This document shows, piece by piece, positions 23,684-35,000 of a DNA stretch of 64,000 nucleotides. This stretch comes from Antedon mediterranea (Eukaryota; Animalia; Echinodermata). The notes beneath the pieces are model-generated. The model was given only the letters and a program-made list of their open reading frames with translations. It made no database searches and had not been told where the DNA came from. The DNA is taken from assembly GCF_964355755.1 (NCBI RefSeq), contig NC_092677.1, positions 22,617,175-22,681,174 on the forward strand, in the 5' to 3' direction. A program made the position numbers and the translations under genes. How positions within the stretch are numbered: the first letter of the stretch is position 1; every line of letters begins with the position of its first letter.

Positions 23684-26600
23684 TTTTCTAGACAAAATAC
23701 AACATTATGGGTCAGTCCGTGCCAAATCAACCAATCCTGGTATGGGTCACATCAGGATTTTTTTTAGGGTACATAAGTTTTAGTAACTCCAAGTTGATTT
23801 GAAAATTTTGCATATTTAATTCAGAAATCACATAATTTGAGTAATTGAGAATTTTGCGTTTTGTAGTTAAATTAAGATACAAAGCTGAAAATTGGTATAT
23901 AGGGTCAATTCCAAAATAAGTGTATCTCATATAATTTACATTTTGTGTCATCATACAGTATGTAGATGTCTCTCTATATCATGTTAAATATGAAGAAAGA
24001 CTAATCTATTAAAGGCAATATTTTCACTTTTCTTGATTTGACCATGGACCATCGGCCCATTTTAAGACAGTCGGGCCAAAGTGTCAGAGAAAATTTCTTT
24101 CTTATTTACATACAATCTGTCCTATTGGTATATAAGTACTTTAGGCGTTGTTTTCTGTTCTTCTTCTGATGAGAATAGTTTCTCGAAACATGTCACATTT
24201 TAAGGCAGTTTGCCTATTCATTAAATCGCTATACTCATTTTAACAATGACAAAAGTAGTCTCCTTCGTATTAAGATAAATACGGTTTTTCTTATTGGTCT
24301 TACAATTCATTCAAATGTTTGTTTGATTTTCATTCTACTTTGTTATTGTCCATTTATATGTTTTATAGTATATTATATATATTATCTTAATACTAAATAA
24401 GTACCGTATACGGTACTGGATTACACTTAACTTCAATGTGAAGTTTCCGAGTTATTTACTTTAAAATCAAAACTATAGTCCGTGAACAAAGGTGAAATAA
24501 ACTGTTGTCAAGTCACATCTTTGTTTTGTTTCGTTGGATAGAAATTCTGAATCTATTTTATTTTTAGTAGTTTACATTTCTGTTTTTCGTAAAAAGAAAA
24601 AAATGCTACGGGTCATGGTATCATTTGCGTAGCGTTCAAAATCATTTGTATTTTTGTCAAAGCGGGTACCACACAATATAAAGCCATCTGTGCACAATCC
24701 CTTTGAACCTCAGATGAAGTGCAGAAGCAAATATTTTTCATTTGATATTATTATACAGTGAAAAAATCTTAAGAATTTAAAAAAAAAAAAATTAAGATCA
24801 ATTAGTTTTCCTCAAATAAAGTTTACACGAAATAAAGAAAAGTCAGTGTCCTACTGCTGCCTTTACTACCTTTACAAACTACCACTCGATATTGTAAAGG
24901 AACGAATTCTGTGTTTTTAACGTCTAAAGGTTCCCTTTGATTTTTACATATGGTTTGTGATTATCGCAATATAAATCCTAACTATACATGGTTATTATTA
25001 AAAGTCACATAGAATAATTAATGAAACTATACTTGTTTCTGGTAACTTATAACTTTAAGAAACAAAATCCGCTTTCCAGCAATAATATTCAATAGTTTGA
25101 GAAAAACGAAATCTTTTAACTACAGACACTTTATAAATATATACCGTATGTAACGATTTCAGTTATTGAATTCCCTTTTATAAATTTGTATTTTAATTTT
25201 GTTACTTTTACTGCATTTCTCAGTTATATTTATCAAAAATGCAGTGGATTGCGACCACACACCGGTAGGAGATAGAATCGGCCTTTCAGTCATCGGTGCG
25301 TTTTGAATTATTATTATTTTATTGTTCTTGGGCATGATCCTATTGTATCCGTTTGTTGTTAGTATTTGTATTCTTGTGAGTATTAGAATATGCCACCGAT
25401 TTAATTTATATTCAATAAAATTATGTTATCATCTGAAACAGTGGAAGATTATTCGACTACTTATACACAGTATAGATGAGCGGTTTTCTATCCTGCCTTC
25501 ATGGTCACACGAATATCCAATATATATAATATAAGAATGTGTACATCAATTAATTTAAATAAGCAACAACTTTTTTATTGATTTACTTTATATATATATA
25601 GGCCTAGGCTTACAACATACAACCATGTTATTGGCAGAAAACCATGTTTGAAAAAAACAACATAGACGCCACTGCACTGGATATAGTTATAAATAAAACT
25701 ACATCAACTAGCAGAATTAAGACAAATCTAAATTACTTTCCAAAGTTACGTTTCTGTTTCTGCTGTAGTAGTTGTATGAACTGGCTCAAATAAAAGGTAC
25801 TAAAATCAATTACTTTACCTCCAAATCATGTTTGCGTCGCAACTAATTTACCTGCAAAGCAATGGTTGTTTGATCTTGTTTTTTACTTGCAATGCGAAAA
25901 CCGGGCATATCGAGGATCTTGATAGTAAAACTTATCTTATACTAAAGTAGTTTCACACACTGAAATTGTTATTATAACCAGATAAATGTTACCAACATTT
26001 GAATGAATAAAAAAAAAACGTATTTATCTTTAATACAGAGGAGACCTTTTTTATTGTACATTTAAAAATTTATTTACATAATTGGAAAATTATGACAATA
26101 AATAAAGGAAAATCGAATAGATATTAGTAAAACTGTATTCAGAATAAAAAAAGCTATCCTACGATACCAAACAGTAAAGTATTTGAGAAAATTAAAATGT
26201 TGACCCTTTGACCTTTTTGGTCACATGACTTGTTTTATTGTTAAATAACTATGTAACTATGCATTTTTTGATATGGATGTAATGGGATAAAATGATCAGT
26301 ATTATATTCCCTTTCCGATGACACCATGGATGACAAAGTTCAGTGTGGAATGTCGGCCATTTTGAAATACAAAATGGCGGCTGAAGGAGTGGTAAAAAAA
26401 AATGGCACCTAACTTTTTTGAATTCAGCAACTCAAGAATAACAAAGTTAGCCAATAAAATCTATTTTGTCACTAATATTGAGCTGGAGCTAGTTTTCCTT
26501 ACATATGTGACTGTACTAAATACAGTATAATGTTTTTATAAATATAAAAAATAGTTTTCAGTGATGGGCGGATAATTCTATTTGATGGTAGGAGATAAGA

Positions 26601-26749
26601 CGAGTAAACCTTCCTGTAAGTATGTGTGCCAATTATTTTCCAGAGCACTCAGCTTATTTTATAAAATGCATATCAAAGCCGATAAATTTAAGTGTGCCAA
26701 ATCGTCTCAGGGGCCCAATCTTCTCAGGGGCCGAATCGTCCCGCTACCC

Positions 26750-26960
26750 CTAGAATACTACGTGAGTATGCATTAAATTTATATCACAGTATAGTCACTA
26801 CTGTTGTACTTTAGTAGAGTAGAGTGCACAATACAGGCATCAGTGAAGCGCCAATGCGCCATACAATTCGGCTCTGGCGGCCGAGATTGTCGGCTCCCAA
26901 GATGGATCTAGGCCTAACCTGATCAAGGTATAAAACAACTTTTGAATCTTAATTATATTA
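26750..26960 (+). promoter_or_regulatory. Candidate core promoter / non-coding first exon between SPDL1 and CEP89
   Basis: Small GC/CpG-rich island with CCAAT (gcgccaatgcgcca), a YY1-like caagatgg and a possible donor caag|gtataa at about 26927, lying between the two divergent genes. Confidence 0.35.
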
Positions 26961-28568
26961 GGTAGCAGGACGATTCGGTCACCTTAAATTTATCGGCTTT
27001 GATATGCATTTATAAGCATAAAATATAAGCATATTTCATTAAATTAACACTTTAAATTTAATACAGGTCTTGGTAGTCCTTGACGCAATACGGACATTTG
27101 TGACACAATGTATGCATCAACTCAGTTCGTTTCGCGAACGCGAAGCTTGTCGATTATTTATTTAACATTTTTGGTGTCTATATCGCGCTAAAATTGAGGT
27201 TTTATTGTTGGAAATGTTATTAGAAGTCTATATATCATATTTCGTTAAACTAACACTTGACGTCTTGGTTGGGAGGTCTTGGTATTTAGGAGGACCCGTT
27301 CATCACTGTTTTCGCGATATGAAAACTAAGTCCTTCCACGAGGACGTCACACATGTACCACCACCCCACTGGCTGATTATGACGTAGGCCTAATGCAATT
27401 TTACCGTACCTTTTTAGCAAACGGAAGTTAGGATATGGTCAGGGAATAATTTCGCCAGTGTAGCATAGCAAAAATAGCGACTAGCAAAACCGCTAGAGGG
27501 CAGCAGACATCTTTAGGGAATAGACAAGTGTGACCCTTAACCTGTTAAAAAGGGGTCAACTTGCGCATGAATTTACGAACTCTGATTGGCTATTCAGAAA
27601 AAACGAATGACTGTACGATCTTTTCCGGAAAATTCCGATGAAAAATTTGAAATTCCTTTGCCCACATGTCTTCGCGATGACATTTTATTTTGGGCTCGAA
27701 ATGTTAGTAAAATCAGAAAAAATCGAAAACATGCCTAATATTTTGGGATTTTGCTTATATATTTTAGATATATTTATATTTTAACAGTGTACGCCTTTGG
27801 TTTTACATAAATATCACCTATATTGGATCACAAAAGGTTTTTAATCACCTGATGCTAGGTGAGTAAGCAATTCTAGGCCGCGAAGTGCCTGATGACGTCA
27901 TCACACAGCCTGGCTGAGGTGGGGGTATTCCTCCGGGATATTCGCGCAGTCCGGGGAGAGGGTAAACATAAAATAAGTACTTTCTATCTTATTTTTGTGA
28001 TTTTGACACAATTTCCAAACAAAATGTGGTACTATGCAAATATATATTTGTCACCATCAACTTTCTAATTAAAAATATGTTCATAAAATGTATTTATATG
28101 TGTTTTAGTAGTATTTTCACCCAGTGACTATTTGTGTACAAGGTCACAAACGCGGGGTGGGGATTCCTATGTAAACAAAGGATAGTGATGGTGCCAAATT
28201 TTTACACCTTATTTTATTCATAACTTTCGAAATACTCAATCAATTTTGTTGATTTAAAGTTTAAAATGCTTACGATTATATACTCTTTCAAACTGAACAC
28301 TATTCAAATGCAGAAAGATAAATTGAAAAATACATGCCAGTCCCTAGCAAAAAGCTATACAAAACAACCTTCTTGCTACACATTTCTACAATTGTGTAGC
28401 AAAAAATACGATAGAAAACTATGATTCTCGACTAAAAAATCAGTTTGATTCGCAATATTGCTAAACAAAATTTTAAAATGAAATTTTTCCCTGATGGTAC
28501 CGCTAAAGGTGAGACGTTTCGGCCCACAAGTAGGCCGAGTCGTGTCAGGGCCGAATCGTCCCGGATTC
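26961..28568. mobile_element. Composite of nested non-autonomous DNA transposons upstream of CEP89
   Basis: Outer ends ggtagcaggacgattcgg / ccgaatcgtcccggattc. Inside is a CAGGG-TIR MITE (27440-28493, flanked by atggt/atggt), itself interrupted by an element of about 860 bp with tagcgactagca / tgccagtcccta ends and a gcaaaaa duplication. Confidence 0.7.
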
Positions 28569-28574
28569 TTATAT

Positions 28575-28905
28575 TTAGGCCTAGCCTAGCTAAGCCTATT
28601 TCTATATAGGGCCTCTAGCCTAGGCCGGTAGGCCTAGCCTCCTAGCCGCGGAGGCTAGGCCAGGCCTACTACTAGCTAGTAGCTAGACCTAGGCCTAGTA
28701 TTAGGCTAGGCCTAGGCCTAGGCCTAGTAGGCTAGGCTCTAGCATAGTAGTAGGCCTAGGCTAGCTAGGCCTACCTTCAATTAACTCCTTTAATTATCGG
28801 CTGTTTAGTTTCGACTTTAGACTAGGCTAGGCTAGGCCTAAGTATTTAAAAACTCCGGATCAGGTGCCGTTTTCTACTGGCTACACTACTAGCCTACTGG
28901 TGGCC
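28575..28905. repeat. TAGGCC/CTAG-rich low-complexity array just upstream of the CEP89 start exon
   Basis: Dense, degenerate ctaggcctag/gctagcta repeats, e.g. ctaggcctaggcctaggcctagtaggctagg at about 28705-28740. Confidence 0.85.
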
Positions 28906-29006
28906 TACGCTTCTTTAATAACGCGGGAGACATCATAGATTGAGATCAGAATAACCCGCCAAACTGCAGTAGTAGGATGTAGGTGGCGTATTGTTTTTAT
29001 TTTAAA

Positions 29007-32000
29007 ATGGCTGGTGAGAAACAAAACAAGAAGGAGGCGAAGAAAACAAAGTTTGTAAGTATAATAGTATCCTATGTAGGGCCCTTGGTGTATAGCCCCA
29101 AGAATATGACTAAAGCATACCAATTATTAGTAGAGCCTACCTACCTAGCCTATATTTTGAGTGTTGTGTAGGCTTATAGGCATCCATAGGCGCGACCTGT
29201 CTGCTGTTTGTAGGCCGAGGGGTACTAGCTAGGCTAGTCCGTTGCTATGTGACGGACGCCGCTAAAACGTGTCACATTAATATTTTTTACTTTACGGCCG
29301 CGGTAGTGCCAGGCCAGATAGGGAAATCCGGCACAGAGTGATTTAGTGGGCCGAATTTATTTTGGCCCAGTAAGTAAGGCCTACTTATCACACACACAGC
29401 AGAAAGCAAAACTGCGGAGTTGACGAACCAGTGTTTTTTGGGTTTGAAAGGTAAAAAACGCCGTGGCCGTTAGGGAGTCCGACACGCTATTGCGCATGCC
29501 CAGAGCGAAGTAATTATAGCTTGCACTTAGTGCCACAGACCGCGCACCACACCACCGAGAGTCGAACGTTGTTATAGGGATTTACTGTAGCCTAGTTAGT
29601 CGTTGGGCGAGCGAGAGAGCGATGGATGAAACTTGGCCTAGGCTAGGCCATACATGAATTAAATAATTAAAATACGACTACGTCACGCGTTAAAATAATT
29701 ATTATGATATTGATAAGAATCAGTATCTATCTAAGAATCGTAATGCTGTAATTTTATTAGACAGAGGAAGTATGAAGTTTGGAACGGGAGAAAAACACAG
29801 GCCTACCCAGTGGCATAACGCTTGCGTATTTCAAGAAATGTACGAAAGTGAATAGGCCTAGGCCTATATAGGGTAGCGTTGCGACCCCGACTTCCCGAAG
29901 CAGTTCTGTTTTTTTCACATCATATCCGCGCGGCGGCCGTCAACAAATCAACTTGTATACGAGTGCATGTTATTACAGTATAATGCGTTATATGAAATCT
30001 TTTATTTTGTACTTGAAAATCATAAAACTACCGTATATTTCGGTGTATAAGTCACACCTGTGTATAAGACGCACCCCCTAACTGAGAGTAAAATATCGGT
30101 ATTTTTTATATCGTCGATGTATCAGGGAAAAATTTCATTTGAAAATTTTGTTTAGCAAAATTGCTAATCAAACTGATTTTTTAGTCAAGAAACATAGTTT
30201 TGTATTGTATTTTTTGCTACACAATTGTAGAAATGTGTAGCAAAAAGGTTGTTTTGTATAGCTTTTTGCTATGCTACACTGGCGAAATTTTTCCATGTGT
30301 ATAAGACGCACCTTATATTTCATCAAAACAATGTTTTTTTTAAATTGTAATCAATCTTATTGTAATATTAATATATTTTGTTATATCTACAACGGCGTCC
30401 TTTATTTAGGTTTTTTCTTACCTAGGCTCGGCCGCACCCAGCCTCAACAAGTTGTTTCTAACTTGTTATTCATGAGTTTCGCACCCGCAACATCGAGTGC
30501 ATGACCGTGTGTGTAACACGCACGTGTGTGGGCTAGCCTCGCTCGATCATTTCGAGAGGGCGCACGTTTTCACGGACAATCATATTCGATTAGTATCTAT
30601 GTATCCGAGAAGTGTGTACGCTAGGTCCATGCTATAATCACCTGGAGAATATACTAGTCGAATACCGTACAACATGTGGCCACCAAGAAGGGCTTGCGCT
30701 GGGGGGTCGGCGATCGTGCGTATAACTATAAATAAATACTATTCCAATCGTAAACGTTTACAAATGAAATTTTATCAGAGCGCCTAAAACAGCTCCATAA
30801 TAAACAAATCTTTTCATCATATTTAGTATAATATCACGCTAAAATGCCTTGAAAACTAGGCAGAAGCAGGTTGCCGTTACGTTAGTACACTGTAGCTAGG
30901 CCTAGGGTGGTGACGATATGTACACTCTGTGTGGTGAGGCATTTATGTTCGGTGTATAAGACGCACCCTTAATTTAGAGGTCAAATTTGTGTGTCAAAAG
31001 TGCGACTTATACACCGAAATATACGGTAGTCATATGTAATTATAATTCATAATTATATGAAGTTTATATATTAATGGGCAAGGCTAGTTCGCCATGGCGC
31101 AGCTATTAATAGATCCATCGCTGTTAGCAAAGATAGTGTAGTACAGTATCTTTAGTGTCTGTAGATGAGGGTATGGAGTTGCCGATTTCTTCGCTCTGGG
31201 CATGCGCAATAGCGTGTCGGATTCCCTAACGCTGGGCAGTTGAGTTCCGGTGCCGGAATCCTAACCACGGCGAAACAAAAATCCAACAACTCCGAAGTTC
31301 AAAACATAGGCCTAGGGCCTATTATTATATTATTGGGATTGAACAGCTGAACGAAATGGGGTAGCCTAGGCCTATCTCTGGAGTTTCTAAACGTTTTGAA
31401 TGGACAGTCACAAGCCTCGGGGTGTCTCCGGAGATTGCAGAGTTTTGGTGTGAATGAATGCCTTGGGCCTACCTATGCCTTTTTCACGAAACGGAAGGCA
31501 TCTTCGGTCGATACAAACATACAACAATGCTGTGCAGGGAAGTGTAACGAACACTAACAAGAACAACATAACGTTTTCAGGGAATTTCAGGACTCCATGT
31601 TAAAAGCCATATTCCCTATACAATTGTCCATGTTTTGTAAATATAATGCATATGCCTAGGCCTATATATTACTTTTAAAACATTAAACCAAGTCATTCCT
31701 TGTCTTAAATTTGATTAATAATGATTAATTATGATAAAAATGGAAAAACAATACACTACCTAAGCAGCTCCCGTCCTCTCATGGATGGACGGTCTTTGTG
31801 TGCATCACAGAAGAAAAGCAACAATATCAATCCGTACATGATGCATTCTCCGCTCAAATTATTAGAATCGACTTATATTATATATGTATAAATTATTATA
31901 TATTCATAAGATGAAAAAAATATCGCAATAGGTCAATACATAAAATGCAGTTTGTGACCTTAAATTAGATCCAAAAAATGTATGAAATGTGGCTTTAATT

Positions 32001-35000
32001 CTCGTATGAGAAAAAAATTTACTATAAATTGTTCTTAAAAGATTGGACACAAAATTCTGAATGATTAAAAAAGATTATTAAAATTTGTTTGATCGCTTAA
32101 AATCCAATGAAAAAAATTATTATCTACAGCTTTTAAGAACATTTTATATTAAAAATTTGCCCATAAAGACTGTGTCCATATATTGATAGTATATACCAAT
32201 AATTAACCTATCTACCGGATTTCTCTTTGGCAGAGGTAACAAGGTGCTTACAGTACCTGGTTTGACCTTTTCAATAGCTAATCTCTTTTTTAATCTTGTT
32301 TACTTTAGTCAAGGATTGGGGCTGCTCTGGTTCCAGGGGCAATGTTTGTTGCTGTACCCAGAACCCCAAGTCCATCCCGTGAAGCAACATCAAGACCGTC
32401 CTCTGTAGCAGGCACATCAAGACCACCGTCTGCCCTATCAACTGCAATTATTGGTTCAACAATGGTCAGTCGAATGATTGGAACACCCCCTCCAAACGAC
32501 AATAGTTTGGATCGTGACTTGACTAGGGATGATAGCATGGCTAGGAGCAGTATGTATGATTATGAAGATAAAGAAGATGATGAAGAAGATGAGGATGACA
32601 CAGTTGGACAGTAAATATTGTATTTCATTGAAATGAATATTGCATTTTTTTTACGATTTTGTTATTGTTGATTTTATAAGTGCAATGATGCAATAACCAG
32701 TTGAAATGTTATAGAACATTCCATTTTTAGATCACAGAAAGTCTTTTTACAGTTGAGCTATCTTTGTGATATCATTTGAATTAGTCTGGGTTCCAGGCGG
32801 AGTTTTGTCTTAATATTAGTAAAAAGATAAATATTTTGGCACATATGGCGTTTCATACGTATACTACTTGATTTTGGATACTCCGTCTGGGGAAACACGC
32901 ACAAGTCACGTGGTTTGACACCAAGAATTCTTGGTGCATACGATTATCCGGTTGACTAGTTCAGCTGCATGCGATTGGCTACTCACTCGTACACCGTTTT
33001 AATATTCATATTTCAGAATTTCAAAGACTCAACTAAGATGATGCGCATGCGCTATGTTACGTTTAGACAATGTGTACTTGGGTACATTTATGAACGTTTC
33101 TGAAGGCTAGAAATTATTTTATATGCCTAGTAGTCTGGTAAACATTTGATGGGATTTTTCCCAAGAACATGAAAACTCGTCTTGATATGATAGGCTAGCT
33201 TCTCCGCAAATCAAACATTGAATGGATCATTTATTACGCGGAGAGATAATTTTGATTTAATTCCCACCCAGACCCTGTCCTGTTCTGTGTGATGGTGTAG
33301 CCCTGTTGTTGTGTGCCGCCGGTGGTGGTATGTAGGCCTACTTTATTGGCGTTTTATTTGGCAGGTCATACGTGCGAATTGAGTAGGACCTACGAAAGAG
33401 GCCTAGGCCAAGGACTAAACAATTAATAAACAAAACAACTTGGCATTACGATTTTATATTTCAACAGTCTCTATCGTACATCCAGCACTGTACGTACTCG
33501 ATCTTTTTCATTTTGAAACAAAATGATCATTGGTTGATTCGAAATCCATATTTACATACCGCCCGTCCCATATAGCCAAATACGGTATGATAAACTACGT
33601 CATTCTTATCGGATGTTTGCGGTCTGAAAATCGATTTCTATACGTGTTTCACAAGTCTGTATTTTCAGACAAAAATCGCGGTCGAAATAAAAAAAAAAAA
33701 AAAAAAAAAAGATAATACAGACTTGGGGCAAGTCTACATTTGAATAATCATCAAGTATGTGTATGTATCATGTTATAATTTTTATTCTGTTTATATTTAT
33801 TGACAATTTACCTCAATTTCCAGTATCAATATCAGTTGCCAACTGATACTGCAAATCCTAACTGACCCAACAGATGAGTGTAATATAATATGAGAGTTTA
33901 CATGGCAAAATTAGTATGTTGATATAAAGTTTTTGGTACACCACATACAGTATGTAGTTCTGAAAAGAACTGTCCTCGTGATTGAGAGTGAAGATAGTTC
34001 AGATGAATTGCAATTGGGTGTTAATAAATATGAAAAAGCTAAAAAAAACAAGCAAGGTTTACAGTTTTAAAATAGACTCTAGCTGTTTGAGGTTGTGGGA
34101 TACCCTCCCAATTGAAGTGACTGATTTATGCCTTTTTGGTTCCTCTAAGTTTTTCCCTGCCTTATTTAATGTCATTTGCTGTTAACTTGTTGTTTTTGTC
34201 TGCACCACAAGAAGGAGAGTACTTTGTCTGTTTGTATTTTTGATTGTATTATATGTCTTCTGGAAAATAAATGAATTGAATTGAATTGAATTAAGAGCAT
34301 TGATTCGTATAATATTTTTATTTCTAGTTATTCAACTATACCAATAGTACGACAGTCCACAGGTACATCAGGTCGTTCAAGATTAGACACACCCTCTGTA
34401 AGTGACATAAGTGATGAGGATGAAGAAGAGCAAGAAAGTGATGGAGAAAGACGAAAGAATTCAACTTCACCAGTTAAACATGCCCATGAACCCATCTATG
34501 CCATACCAAACAAAATGCCTGTTGTAAGTTTAACAAATCTTAACTACTTGCTCTTGTTTCAATTCTTTTCTTATTACATATTCAATTCTTTTCTTATTAA
34601 ATACTAATTTTTATATTCTTTTTTTTTTTACTATTTGTGTTTATATCTTTTTATTATTAAATTCAGTAGTGAATTTCAATGTTTACTTAAAAAACATATT
34701 TGTTTATATATTTCTCAATTTCTAAACGTATCAAACCAATACCAAAATGTTAATTTAAAAGAAAGGAAAAATGATTTTGTAATATATTTTTTTTAAACAG
34801 TCATTTAATATGATCTTTTTATTTTTATATTCATTTGTTTGAATTTGTAGAGAAAAATTTCAGAAGAATCTGTAAGCAGTAGTTTGACTCAAGTATCTCC
34901 AGCTGATGACTTTTCAGATTTACAGACACCGCCACCGCCCTGGAAAAAATCACGAGTTAAAAAGGGTTTGCGACATTGTTTTTTTTCAGTTAATAACTAA

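Larger units (their letters stand above)
29468..31231. mobile_element. Non-autonomous DNA transposon with about 43-bp TIRs in CEP89 intron 1, hosting two nested MITEs
   Basis: cgttagggagtccgacacgctattgcgcatgcccagagcgaag ... cttcgctctgggcatgcgcaatagcgtgtcggattccctaacg. Confidence 0.85.
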
